From the NCBI GenBank assembly GCA_963754655.1, contig CAVWGN010000001.1, positions 1,152,001-1,216,000 on the forward strand: DNA of 64,000 nt. Direction: 5' to 3'. Below, one piece after another: positions 20,669 through 29,496 of this stretch (within the stretch, counting starts at the first letter, position 1; each line of letters opens with the position of its first letter). A model generated the notes under the pieces. The model was not told where the DNA came from, made no database searches, and worked only from the letters and a program-made list of their open reading frames with translations. This DNA comes from an uncultured Chlamydiae bacterium. GTDB lineage: Bacteria > Chlamydiota > Chlamydiia > Chlamydiales > Parachlamydiaceae. Position numbers and translations under genes: made by a program.

Positions 20669-21529
20669 TTATAGTTGCTGAATCCAGCTCCGAATATTTT
20701 CATCTAACCTTTGAATGTGTTCAATAAGCTGCATTTGATGTTGTTTAAAGCGTTCGAAAAATAGCTTAAGCTTAGAATTTGTTTCCCCGAAAAGGGAATC
20801 CAAATGACGAAAACTCCAGGATTTATGGCAAGCTTCTTTCAGCTGCTCTAACCAAGTCGATAAATCTTGAAGGAAGAGCTGAAGAGTTGGAGGCGATCTT
20901 TGACATAAAACGTTATCTATAAAAGGCAGAGCAGTAAGGATCAAAGTACAAATTTCGCGTAATTGGCGGTCAATGGCAAGATTAGGACTTAGGCCAAAAA
21001 TATAGTTAAGAAGTCCTTTGCCTTTAATACTTTGACGCACTTGAGTTGCCTTATTGAGATGTTCATAAAGATTCTCTAAGATCTGTTCTATTCCTCGAAG
21101 CTCTAATTCTAGAATTTGTAGATGATTCCATTCTTCCCATTGAATTTCTTGTTGTTCTCTTTTAGCCGGATAAAGCTGCCAGAGAGAATGAAGAAGTTGC
21201 GTGCGCTGGAGTTCGACACTCTCTTCTGTTAAATCATCAATTTGATCAAGAAGTTCATCCACTCGGATTCGCTCTTGTTTTAATTGACCAAAGTGCCTGT
21301 GCCTTTCTTCCTGGATTTTTTCAAAGTGCAATAAAGTTTCTTTCTGAAGCTCTCCTTTTTGAAGCTGGTGATAAAAATCTTGTTTCATTTCATTTTGTAT
21401 GTGAATGATAGCTCTCTCGATTTCTTCGCGCTTATGGATCCATTGTTGGCGATTTTTAAGCGCTAATTCAGCATTTTCTAGAGCTTGCCGTTGTTTGAAT
21501 AAATCTGGGGGATTAGGAAAAGGATTCAT
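20669..21529 (-). CDS. Hypothetical coiled-coil protein
   Basis: 286-aa ORF rich in Q/E/L heptads; no catalytic motif seen. Confidence 0.7.
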   Translation of the reverse strand: MNPFPNPPDLFKQRQALENAELALKNRQQWIHKREEIERAIIHIQNEMKQDFYHQLQKGELQKETLLHFEKIQEERHRHFGQLKQERIRVDELLDQIDDLTEESVELQRTQLLHSLWQLYPAKREQQEIQWEEWNHLQILELELRGIEQILENLYEHLNKATQVRQSIKGKGLLNYIFGLSPNLAIDRQLREICTLILTALPFIDNVLCQRSPPTLQLFLQDLSTWLEQLKEACHKSWSFRHLDSLFGETNSKLKLFFERFKQHQMQLIEHIQRLDENIRSWIQQL

Positions 21530-21656
21530 TTGTCTATTTCTCTATAAATAATTTTTAAAATTTATTCATTTTTTTTGTCTTTATTCTAAGAGAATAAAGC
21601 CTGTTTGTGTTATGCTGTTAAGAGCTAATTTAACAAAACTGAGGGAGGTTAAGGCA

Positions 21657-22181
21657 ATGTTTATTGTACATCTTGCAGGACATCTAGGCAAAGATCCTGA
21701 AACACGTTTTACACCTAGTGGACAAAAAGTGACAACTTTTACGATGGCGATCAATCATCGCAAAGGCAAGGAAGAGGTGACGATGTGGGTGCGCGTCACA
21801 ATTTGGGGAGATCGTTTTGATAAAATGTTATCTTATCTTAAAAAAGGAAGCGGTGTCATTGTGACAGGAAGAATGAATCCTCCTTCCAGTTATACAGATA
21901 AGGAAGGAAGAACTCAAGTAAGCGTAGAAGTGACAGCTGAAATGATTGAATTCAGTCCTTTTGGTAGACCTGATCGTCAAGGGGAAGGGCAGTACCAGCA
22001 GGCTGGATCTTCTCAAGGTGGACATACCGCCTACGAGCAGCAAGCTTCTCAATATGACGAAGGACAATTTCAAGTGGGCCATGCCCCTCAGTATAACAAG
22101 TCTGCTAATTACCAGACGCAGGCTTCTGGTCAAGGAAGTCATCATTCTCAAACAGTCGATGAAGATGCTCTTCCTTTTTAA
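21657..22181 (+). CDS. ssb: Single-stranded DNA-binding protein
   Basis: GHLGKDPE.RFTPSG OB fold, Gly/Gln linker and C-terminal DEDALPF; GGAGG before ATG 21657. Confidence 0.97.
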   Translation: MFIVHLAGHLGKDPETRFTPSGQKVTTFTMAINHRKGKEEVTMWVRVTIWGDRFDKMLSYLKKGSGVIVTGRMNPPSSYTDKEGRTQVSVEVTAEMIEFSPFGRPDRQGEGQYQQAGSSQGGHTAYEQQASQYDEGQFQVGHAPQYNKSANYQTQASGQGSHHSQTVDEDALPF

Positions 22182-22192
22182 GGGGAAATAAA

Positions 22193-23701
22193 ATGGAATT
22201 TTTTCATCTTAAACAGCTCGAAAAGCGAAAAAAAGCAGATGTGCTTGTCCTTCCTTTTTGGAAGGACAAGCAAGGCTTGCAACCCGCCGCCTCTTTACAA
22301 GGAGAAGGGTCGCCTATTCTCACAGATGTATTAGCGACGGAAGATTTTAAAGGCAAAGAGGGAGAAACTCTTTATTTCTATGTAGAAGGACAGCCAGAAA
22401 AACGAATTTGTTTGCTAGGTTTAGGTAGCAAGGAGAAAGCCACCATTGAAAGTTTCAGGCGTAGTTATGGAGGGATAGCAAAGAGCTGTTTATCTAGACG
22501 CCTGACAGACATTAATCTCCTTATTCCTCAACATCCAAGTATGCCTGAGGATGATCTTCTTAGAGGGATGATCGAAGGGCTTCTTTTACCCAATTATATT
22601 TTTAATCGATACAAACAAAGAGATTCAGAGGAGTTGGAAGAAAGCCTTCTGCAGAAAGTCACTTTGATTGGTCTTCAGCAAGAGGTTCTGGAGATTGGAA
22701 AAAGAGTCTCTATTATTTGTGAAGCAGTTTATTACACACGCGATTTGATTAATGGAAATGCAGATGAAATAACACCCCATTATTTGGCTCAGTGTGCTAA
22801 AGAAATTGCCCAAAAATACCCTTCAATTATCACAACAGTCTTTGATAAGAAGCGTATCGAAGAAGAAAAGATGGGCTTGCTCTTGGCGGTTAATCGAGGA
22901 TCTGCTCTTGACCCCGCTTTTATTATCATGGAATATTGTGGAAATCCAGATTCCAATGATAAGACTGTTATTGTTGGCAAAGGCGTCACCTATGATACAG
23001 GAGGACTCAACCTCAAGCCAACGGGTGGAATGGAAACCATGAAATGCGATATGTCTGGCGGAGCGGTATGTTTAGGCACCCTTTTAGCTGCTTGTCAGCT
23101 TAAACTTAAGATAAATGTGACGGCTGTTATTCCTTCTACTGAAAATGGAATTGATGCCAAAAGTTTTAAGCCTGGAGATGTTTATCAGAGCTATTTAGGC
23201 AAAACAGTGGAAATGACTAATTCTGATGCAGAAGGACGGCTTATTTTGGCTGATGCTCTTGCTTATGCCATTAAAAATCTTCAGCCTACACGCATGATCG
23301 ATATTGCAACATTGACTGGTGCTATTGAAATTGCTTTAGGCTCAGAAGCCTCTGGGCTTATGAGTACAAATGATGAACTTGCTGAAGCTCTATTACAAGC
23401 AGGGAATACGACATTTGAACGTTTGTGGCGCATGCCTCTTTTTGATGAATATAAAGAAAGGCTGAAATCTGATATTGCCGATTTAAAAAGTTGGAACGGA
23501 CGGTCAGCAGGTGCCAATGTAGCGGCAACTTTTTTGCGTCAATTCGTAGGTGATTCCACTCCTTGGGCTCATATTGACATTGCAGCGACAGCCTATGTAG
23601 CAGAGGCGAAGAAGTATTTACCTAAATTTGCAACGGGTTATGGAGTACGTCTTTTAGTGGAATTCTTACAAAGTTTAGAAAGCCAGCAAAAAAGGACGTG
23701 A
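22193..23701 (+). CDS. pepA: Leucyl aminopeptidase (M17)
   Basis: VGKGVTYDTGG, MKCDMSG, NSDAEGRLILAD and ATLTGA motifs. Confidence 0.97.
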   Translation: MEFFHLKQLEKRKKADVLVLPFWKDKQGLQPAASLQGEGSPILTDVLATEDFKGKEGETLYFYVEGQPEKRICLLGLGSKEKATIESFRRSYGGIAKSCLSRRLTDINLLIPQHPSMPEDDLLRGMIEGLLLPNYIFNRYKQRDSEELEESLLQKVTLIGLQQEVLEIGKRVSIICEAVYYTRDLINGNADEITPHYLAQCAKEIAQKYPSIITTVFDKKRIEEEKMGLLLAVNRGSALDPAFIIMEYCGNPDSNDKTVIVGKGVTYDTGGLNLKPTGGMETMKCDMSGGAVCLGTLLAACQLKLKINVTAVIPSTENGIDAKSFKPGDVYQSYLGKTVEMTNSDAEGRLILADALAYAIKNLQPTRMIDIATLTGAIEIALGSEASGLMSTNDELAEALLQAGNTTFERLWRMPLFDEYKERLKSDIADLKSWNGRSAGANVAATFLRQFVGDSTPWAHIDIAATAYVAEAKKYLPKFATGYGVRLLVEFLQSLESQQKRT

Positions 23702-23890
23702 GGCAAAGACACTAAATCGTGCAAATCAAAAGATCAGATTTTACTTTCTTTGAGAGTTGATCACATGAATTGGGCCAAGCCTTTATGCGTTAAGTTAAGA
23801 GATGTTAGGTGAGGGGTTGTGGATTCGCCTTCGGTCGCACTATTTTTATTTCTTTTGAATCCATTTTGTGCCTCATCTGAATTTTTGAGC

Positions 23891-23940
23891 TCCCTGCATC
23901 AGCCTGAAGGGCTGCAAGTGTCAAATTATTTTAGTAAAAA
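23891..23940. repeat. Single-arm copy of the REP element at 56553-56682
   Basis: gcatcagcctgaagggctgca.gtgtcaaat..ttttagtaaaaa is shared with 56650-56693. Confidence 0.7.
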
Positions 23941-24226
23941 CACTTTGGATTTTGAGTCATCATTTAAAAGAACCTCTTTTAAAAAGCTAACTTAATTTAA
24001 AATAGAAGGAAAGCGTTCTAATAATTAATTGTTAAATATTTTTTTCTCATCCCAAGTCTGGGTAAAAAAAATTCGAGTCTTGAAAGGAAGACATACTCAA
24101 AGGAGGGATTTCGCTCCGCAAGAAGAATGGAGGATTTTCTATCTCTACACTAAGTCTAGTACTCCATTACATTAATTCTAGCCTATAATGCTTCTGGCAA
24201 ACTCCAGAAGCTAAATTTGTCGCTCA

Positions 24227-24457
24227 AGCGGCGTTAGCCGCGCATGGATAGTAGCCGTGGGTGTAGGCGAAGCCGGAACCCACGGTGTATGGTAAAAAAA
24301 ATGAAGCCACGTTAGTGGCGTAGGAAATGTGATGGTGGAGCAATGTTTATTTAAACGAATGCTACGCCACTAACGTGGCTCAAATTTGTTTTGGGTAACC
24401 GTGGGTTCCGGCTTCGCCTACACCCACGGCTACTATCCATGCGCGGCTAATGCCGCT
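24227..24457. repeat. REPIN-like GC-rich inverted-repeat element
   Basis: 60-bp outer arms with one mismatch, each containing a ccgtgggt..acccacgg hairpin, plus inner arms agccacgttagtggcgtag / ctacgccactaacgtggct. Confidence 0.85.
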
Positions 24458-24692
24458 CGTCGCTGAGGGAAAGGATATGGATCAAGCAACATTGCAAAAA
24501 CAAAGATAAAAAATTCCGATTACCTAGCCATATGCCGGGACTTAACAAAGAACTGTTTTTGGGCTTGATATTTTTCGCGTCATTTTCGAGAAATATGCCT
24601 CTAAAGCCTGTTACAGGCGGGGTGCTTTCTGCTTAAAAAGAATACCGAACAGTTAAAATAAATTATACACGTCCGAAATTATCAATTTCCTG

Positions 24693-24765
24693 TCAGCCTC
24701 GAAAGGACTTGATTCTTTTTTATTTTACCCAGGCCCTCGCTTCGCTTCGACCTGAGCTGTAGCTT
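24693..24765. repeat. Degenerate arm of the large-palindrome family
   Basis: acccaggccctcgcttcgcttcgacctgagctgta resembles acccaggcctccgcttcgctgcgacctgggctgta. Confidence 0.6.
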
Positions 24766-24951
24766 GATGCATAAGACAGGTGTGAACCGTCTTAATTTGA
24801 TCCACATCTATAGATCTTAAATAAGAATTAAAACTCTTTAAACTATTGAATTTTAAATTATTAGATGTCTTACCTCGAATTTTTAATTGAGATGGGGTTG
24901 AATTGGCATTTCTTTTGCAATGAAAGGGATGGTGAAAACCGGAGGTGATAT

Positions 24952-25092
24952 ATGTCTAAAAAGAAAGAAGCCTCTCAATCTCAAAGCATTCAATCTAAAT
25001 CTCCGCATGTGCTGCGAATTCAGACAGCAGAAGGATGGAAAAGAAGTCAATTGAGAAAGCATAAATCTTCTAAAGGAGCAAGCAAAGGTTGA
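24952..25092 (+). CDS. 46-aa basic small protein at the hctB syntenic position (candidate minimal Hc2/HctB homologue)
   Basis: GGAGGTGA Shine-Dalgarno, then MSKKKEASQSQSIQSKSPHVLRIQTAEGWKRSQLRKHKSSKGASKG*. Too short for the ORF track. Confidence 0.75.
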   Translation: MSKKKEASQSQSIQSKSPHVLRIQTAEGWKRSQLRKHKSSKGASKG

Positions 25093-25141
25093 AACATTTG
25101 TTTCATTTCTTTTATTCTATTATATCGAACGAACTCAACAG

Positions 25142-26179
25142 TTGGAAAAAGTGAGATACGATAACTTACGTGCATTTGAAAAGCATTTATTGGGAGCAAC
25201 TCCGAAGCATTTTAGTCCTCTTTATTTTATAGTGGGAAAAGAATCCTTTGAGTGTCAAGAGGCTATTCAACTTGTTTTACGTTTTCTTCTGCCTGAGAAG
25301 GGAATGAGAGAATTTGCCTTATCTTCTTTTGAAGGTTCACAAGTTGAGGAAAAAGAGCTTGGGAATGCTCTTTATTCAGGATCTTTTTTTGCTAAAACTC
25401 GGGTCATTTGGATCCAACAAGTAGAAAAATTAAAAAAATCTGTCCAAGAAAGCTTAGAAAAATATTTTTGCCATCCATCACCCTCTCAATATCTCCTTTT
25501 AAGTGCCACGAGTTGGCAAAAAAACACGGCGTTTTATAAAGCCGTTGAAAAAGAGGGGATTATTTTGGACATTGCTGATATCAAACCATGGGAGAAGGAA
25601 AAACGTCTCGTGGAATGGGTGAATAAGCAAGTGGCTGCCACTCGCAAGCTTATGTCTTATCAAATCTGCCAGCTTTTGGTGAAGCGAGTGGGACATGATC
25701 AAGCTCTTTTGGTGCAAGAAATTGAAAAGCTCGTTTGTTATTGTGGCGAGAAAAAAGAAATTACAGCGCAAGATATCGAAGCTATTTGTTCGCGGCAGCA
25801 TGTCGATTCCGTATGGCAATTAGGAGAGGCTTTATTTCGTCGCGATGCGGCAGCTGCTTTGCACATCGTGCAAGCTCTTTTAATGGAAGGACAGGCTTTA
25901 TTGCCTTTATTAAGGCAAATACGAGCGCAGTATCAAACAGAGTATCAAATTTGTCTGTTACTCGCTCAGGGAAAGCAAGGACAAGATATTACGCAAGAAT
26001 TTCCTTATATGAAGGGACAAATTTTAGATCGTCATATTCAACAAGCTCAACAATATGGCGCAGAGGCGCTTAAAAAAGGATTATTGGCACTTGATGCGAC
26101 AGAGAGAAAAGCAAAGAATTCTTCTATAGATGAAAAAATATTAATTGAACTTTTAATCATGCAGTTAACTAATGAGTGA
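25142..26179 (+). CDS. holA: DNA polymerase III delta subunit
   Basis: S(F/L)F...RV motif, EIEKL..Y.G....IT..DI and VWQL..AL; ~345 aa; chlamydial synteny. Confidence 0.9.
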   Translation: MEKVRYDNLRAFEKHLLGATPKHFSPLYFIVGKESFECQEAIQLVLRFLLPEKGMREFALSSFEGSQVEEKELGNALYSGSFFAKTRVIWIQQVEKLKKSVQESLEKYFCHPSPSQYLLLSATSWQKNTAFYKAVEKEGIILDIADIKPWEKEKRLVEWVNKQVAATRKLMSYQICQLLVKRVGHDQALLVQEIEKLVCYCGEKKEITAQDIEAICSRQHVDSVWQLGEALFRRDAAAALHIVQALLMEGQALLPLLRQIRAQYQTEYQICLLLAQGKQGQDITQEFPYMKGQILDRHIQQAQQYGAEALKKGLLALDATERKAKNSSIDEKILIELLIMQLTNE

Positions 26180-26894
26180 TAAACCGACGTTTCTTTTGCT
26201 TCCTAATTTATTAGGAGATTATCGCCATGCAGAGGTATTTTTGCCGGCGAGTGTATTTAAAGCTATGCAATCCATTGATGGATTAATTGCCGAAAGTGAA
26301 ATCGAAGGAAGACGCTATTTAAAGCGCTTCGAAACTAAAAAGCCTGCAATGGAAATCCCCATTGCCCTTTTCAATGAACATACTCCTGAAAGTGATCTTG
26401 ATTTTTTACTTGAGCCTATTGTGAAAGGGGAAAGATGGGGATTAGTCTCCGATGCCGGACTTCCCTGTATTGCCGATCCTGGTTCTAAGCTGGTCTTGCG
26501 AGCCGTTCAGCGGGGAATTCAGATTCAAGCTTTTGTTGGGCCTTCTTCTATTTTATTAGCCCTTATGTTATCTGGATTGCCTGGACAGAAATTTTTCTTT
26601 CATGGCTATTTGGATAGAGATCCATCCAAACGCAAAGATCAAATCAAACATCTTATTCAACAATCGCGCACAGAGCGCGCCACTCAATTATTTATGGAAG
26701 CCCCTTATCGCAATCGCCACACTCTTGAAACACTTCTGCAAACCTTGCCAGATCATGCTTGGCTAAGTGTTAGCTGGGATTTAACTCTTCCCACACAAGG
26801 TGTAATGACGCAATTGGTTTCCCAGTGGAAAAAGTGTTCTTTGCCTAATTTAGATAAAAAGCCTGCGATTTTTCTTTTCTCAGATGTTAAATAA
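26172..26894 (+). CDS. RsmI-like tetrapyrrole-methylase-family SAM methyltransferase
   Basis: GLVSDAGLPCIADPG, GPSSILLALMLSGL, F.FHGYL and EAPYRN motifs. Confidence 0.9.
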   Translation: MSDKPTFLLLPNLLGDYRHAEVFLPASVFKAMQSIDGLIAESEIEGRRYLKRFETKKPAMEIPIALFNEHTPESDLDFLLEPIVKGERWGLVSDAGLPCIADPGSKLVLRAVQRGIQIQAFVGPSSILLALMLSGLPGQKFFFHGYLDRDPSKRKDQIKHLIQQSRTERATQLFMEAPYRNRHTLETLLQTLPDHAWLSVSWDLTLPTQGVMTQLVSQWKKCSLPNLDKKPAIFLFSDVK

Positions 26895-27001
26895 CGCGCT
26901 ATGCGGATTTTACCCAGAAAAAATTCTAGTCTTTTTATTGTTGAGCCATCGCTTTTTCTAGGCGCTTAGCACCTCCCACTGAATGGGAGGTGAACATTCA
27001 T

Positions 27002-27217
27002 TTAATTCATCCTATTTATACGATAGTAGGTTTTCTTGATGTTTTGTAGTTGTTGATTACAAATATTATTAAAATCTTGGCTTATTAATGCAATATTTCT
27101 AATTGCATTGGCATATGTTTTTATTTCTTGATTGTTTGTACTATGTGGTTCTGCATCAATTATAGTAAAATCAACAATTTGTTGATTTAATTCTATAGGC
27201 ATTAAAGAAAAAGACAT
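27002..27217 (-). pseudogene. F-box-like N-terminal fragment (probably a truncated effector)
   Basis: FSLMPIELNQQIV...IRNIALISQDFNNI fits the F-box consensus (LP.E+..+ ... +..VSK.F). AGAGGA Shine-Dalgarno; only 71 aa. Confidence 0.5.
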
Positions 27218-27372
27218 AAATCCTCTTATTATAAAAAATTAGTTACAAAATAATTTTATAATAAATAAAAATTAAAGTAAATAATTTTTGTAAAGCAGAT
27301 TAATGTTAGTTTAATAGTAATTGAAAGATAATTAAATGAATAGAAAGCTTGTCGCAAGACTAGAAATTGCTG

Positions 27373-28533
27373 TTAAATCAGCTCTGCCGCCACTGTATCA
27401 TAAAAGAGTATCCCCTTATGTGTAAGTTGAATCATTCCCTTATGTCGGCAAAGATAGTTCTCTGCAATCAAATGGTCTAAAGTCGTTTGTGTCGCACAAT
27501 CCAGAGGGCCATGCTGCTGATTAAAATTCTCCCATTCTACACCTTCTCTTAAGCGTAGTTGAATGACAAACAGTTCGCGTCGTTGTGCATCAGTTTCAAG
27601 TTGTTCTTCGAAATCTCTGGGAAACTCTCCTGCTTTTAAAAAGTGACAATAGCGTCCTAAGTGAGCGACATTGCGAAAACGCTTTCCTTCCCAATAACTA
27701 AAAGCAGAGGGTCCTAATCCCAGAAAAGGACGGCCTGTCCAATAGCCTGTATTATGCTTTGATTCATATCCAGGTTGAGCAAACGCAGAGATTTCATACC
27801 GTCTAAGTTTCATGATTTCTAACTTTTCAATTGCCATTTCATACATGGCTAAACTCATTTCTTCATCTGGCAGCCAAGGACGTAATTGTGATTGATTTTT
27901 AAAGAAAAGAGTGTGGGGTTCAATGGTCAAATTATAAAGAGATAGATGGCGTAAAGGAAGGCTTTTAATTTGCTCTAAAGTTGCTGCCCAATGTTCGAGT
28001 GTTTGCTTGGGTAAATCATACATTAAATCGATTGAAATATTGTGAATACCAGCCTGTGCAGTAGTCTCAATAGCATTCAAAGCTACTTCTACGCTATGAA
28101 GCCGACCTAATAAGGTTAAAAGTTGCGCATCTAATGTTTGAATGCCAATACTGACTCTATTGATTCCAGCCTCTACATAATTTTGCATTAGCTCCAAAGT
28201 GATATTTTCAGGATTGGCCTCTAAAGTGATTTCTGCAGACGAATCAAGGGTACATGTCTCACGGATAAGTTTAAGAAGGGATGCAATGCGCTTAGGACCA
28301 AAAAGAAAGGGTGTTCCTCCTCCAAAATAAAGAGTCACCACCCTTTTATGTGCAAGTAAAGGTTGTAGAAGAGCCCATTCTAATTGAAATCCCTCTTCAA
28401 GCTGATGTTTGGCTTTTTCTTGGTCGGGCAAAACATAGAAGTGACAATAACCACATTTACGTGTACAAAATGGAATATGAAAGTAAAGGCTGATCTCGTC
28501 ATACGGAGAAGCAACATTACCAATCATTCGCAT
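27373..28533 (-). CDS. hemW: Radical SAM heme chaperone HemW (HemN-like)
   Basis: LYFHIPFCxxKCxYCxF, YFGGGTP, EANP, YEISAF and HNxxYW motifs. Confidence 0.92.
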   Translation of the reverse strand: MRMIGNVASPYDEISLYFHIPFCTRKCGYCHFYVLPDQEKAKHQLEEGFQLEWALLQPLLAHKRVVTLYFGGGTPFLFGPKRIASLLKLIRETCTLDSSAEITLEANPENITLELMQNYVEAGINRVSIGIQTLDAQLLTLLGRLHSVEVALNAIETTAQAGIHNISIDLMYDLPKQTLEHWAATLEQIKSLPLRHLSLYNLTIEPHTLFFKNQSQLRPWLPDEEMSLAMYEMAIEKLEIMKLRRYEISAFAQPGYESKHNTGYWTGRPFLGLGPSAFSYWEGKRFRNVAHLGRYCHFLKAGEFPRDFEEQLETDAQRRELFVIQLRLREGVEWENFNQQHGPLDCATQTTLDHLIAENYLCRHKGMIQLTHKGILFYDTVAAELI

Positions 28534-28987
28534 CTGGATCTATAATTCCCCCTCGACGCCACCGATTGCGATCGCTAAAATAGGATTCATCCTCTTCCTC
28601 TTCTTCCTCTTGCTCTGTCACCTCTTCTTCCTCTTCATCGCGTTCTTCGACTGTATTGTCAATCTCAATAGCATCTGTTTCCATTTCAAATCCAGATTCA
28701 TTACCCCCCATTGTTTCCGCAATGTCAATATCGGGAATGGTAGGCATTTCATTATAACCTGCACGCGTGGCAGGACGTTTGGGAGTAATATATTCTTCTC
28801 CTTCCCCACTTTCCTTAAGGAATTGCAATCTTTCTTTCTCTTCCTCTATCTTGTTCTTAACGGCTTGAATCTCTTCTTTATGTTTATCAATGTCTTTTTT
28901 GGGAACAAGGCCAAGCTTGAGCCATTGTTCAAGATCCGTTAGCTCAGTTTCAAGTTTCTTAAGTCTTTCACTCTTAATATGTTTCAT
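28517..28987 (-). CDS. Conserved chlamydial protein (CT053-like), coiled coil with acidic tail
   Basis: KSERLKKLE.EL.DL.QW..LGLVPKK and RNRWRRGGIIDPDANDW; adjacent to hemW as in Chlamydia. Confidence 0.8.
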   Translation of the reverse strand: MKHIKSERLKKLETELTDLEQWLKLGLVPKKDIDKHKEEIQAVKNKIEEEKERLQFLKESGEGEEYITPKRPATRAGYNEMPTIPDIDIAETMGGNESGFEMETDAIEIDNTVEERDEEEEEVTEQEEEEEEDESYFSDRNRWRRGGIIDPDANDW

Positions 28988-29496
28988 GACACATCCATTA
29001 ATTTAAAATCTAGCCTTGCCTTTACATCTTATCAATCTATTTTTAGAAATCAAGGATGATGAGCGATACTAGGGGTTTTAATGACTTTTTTTCAATCATT
29101 TTTTAGGTAAAAAGCGGCGGTTTAATAGAAACTTTTAATGGCTATCCCTCTTTGATTTTGCAATCCAATCAAGGGAGATAAATGAAAACCATCTAGAATT
29201 ATGGTAGCATAATTTGCATTTATTTTGAATATGAACTTTTAGATGTTTTTAATTACAATGTATTCTGTCAATAATATTATTTAAAATATCATTTTAATTT
29301 ATTAAAATAGTGATTATATATTAAATTCTCTGCCTCTTCTCTTATCAATATTTAATTTTATTAAAAATTTTCAGATAAATCATTAAATTTAGATTGATTT
29401 TCTATCTTTGGCTTGATAATTAATTTAAATTAAGTTTATTAAAAATTAATGATAACCAATTAAGATTAAGGTTAAATTTTTAATTATGTATTTATA

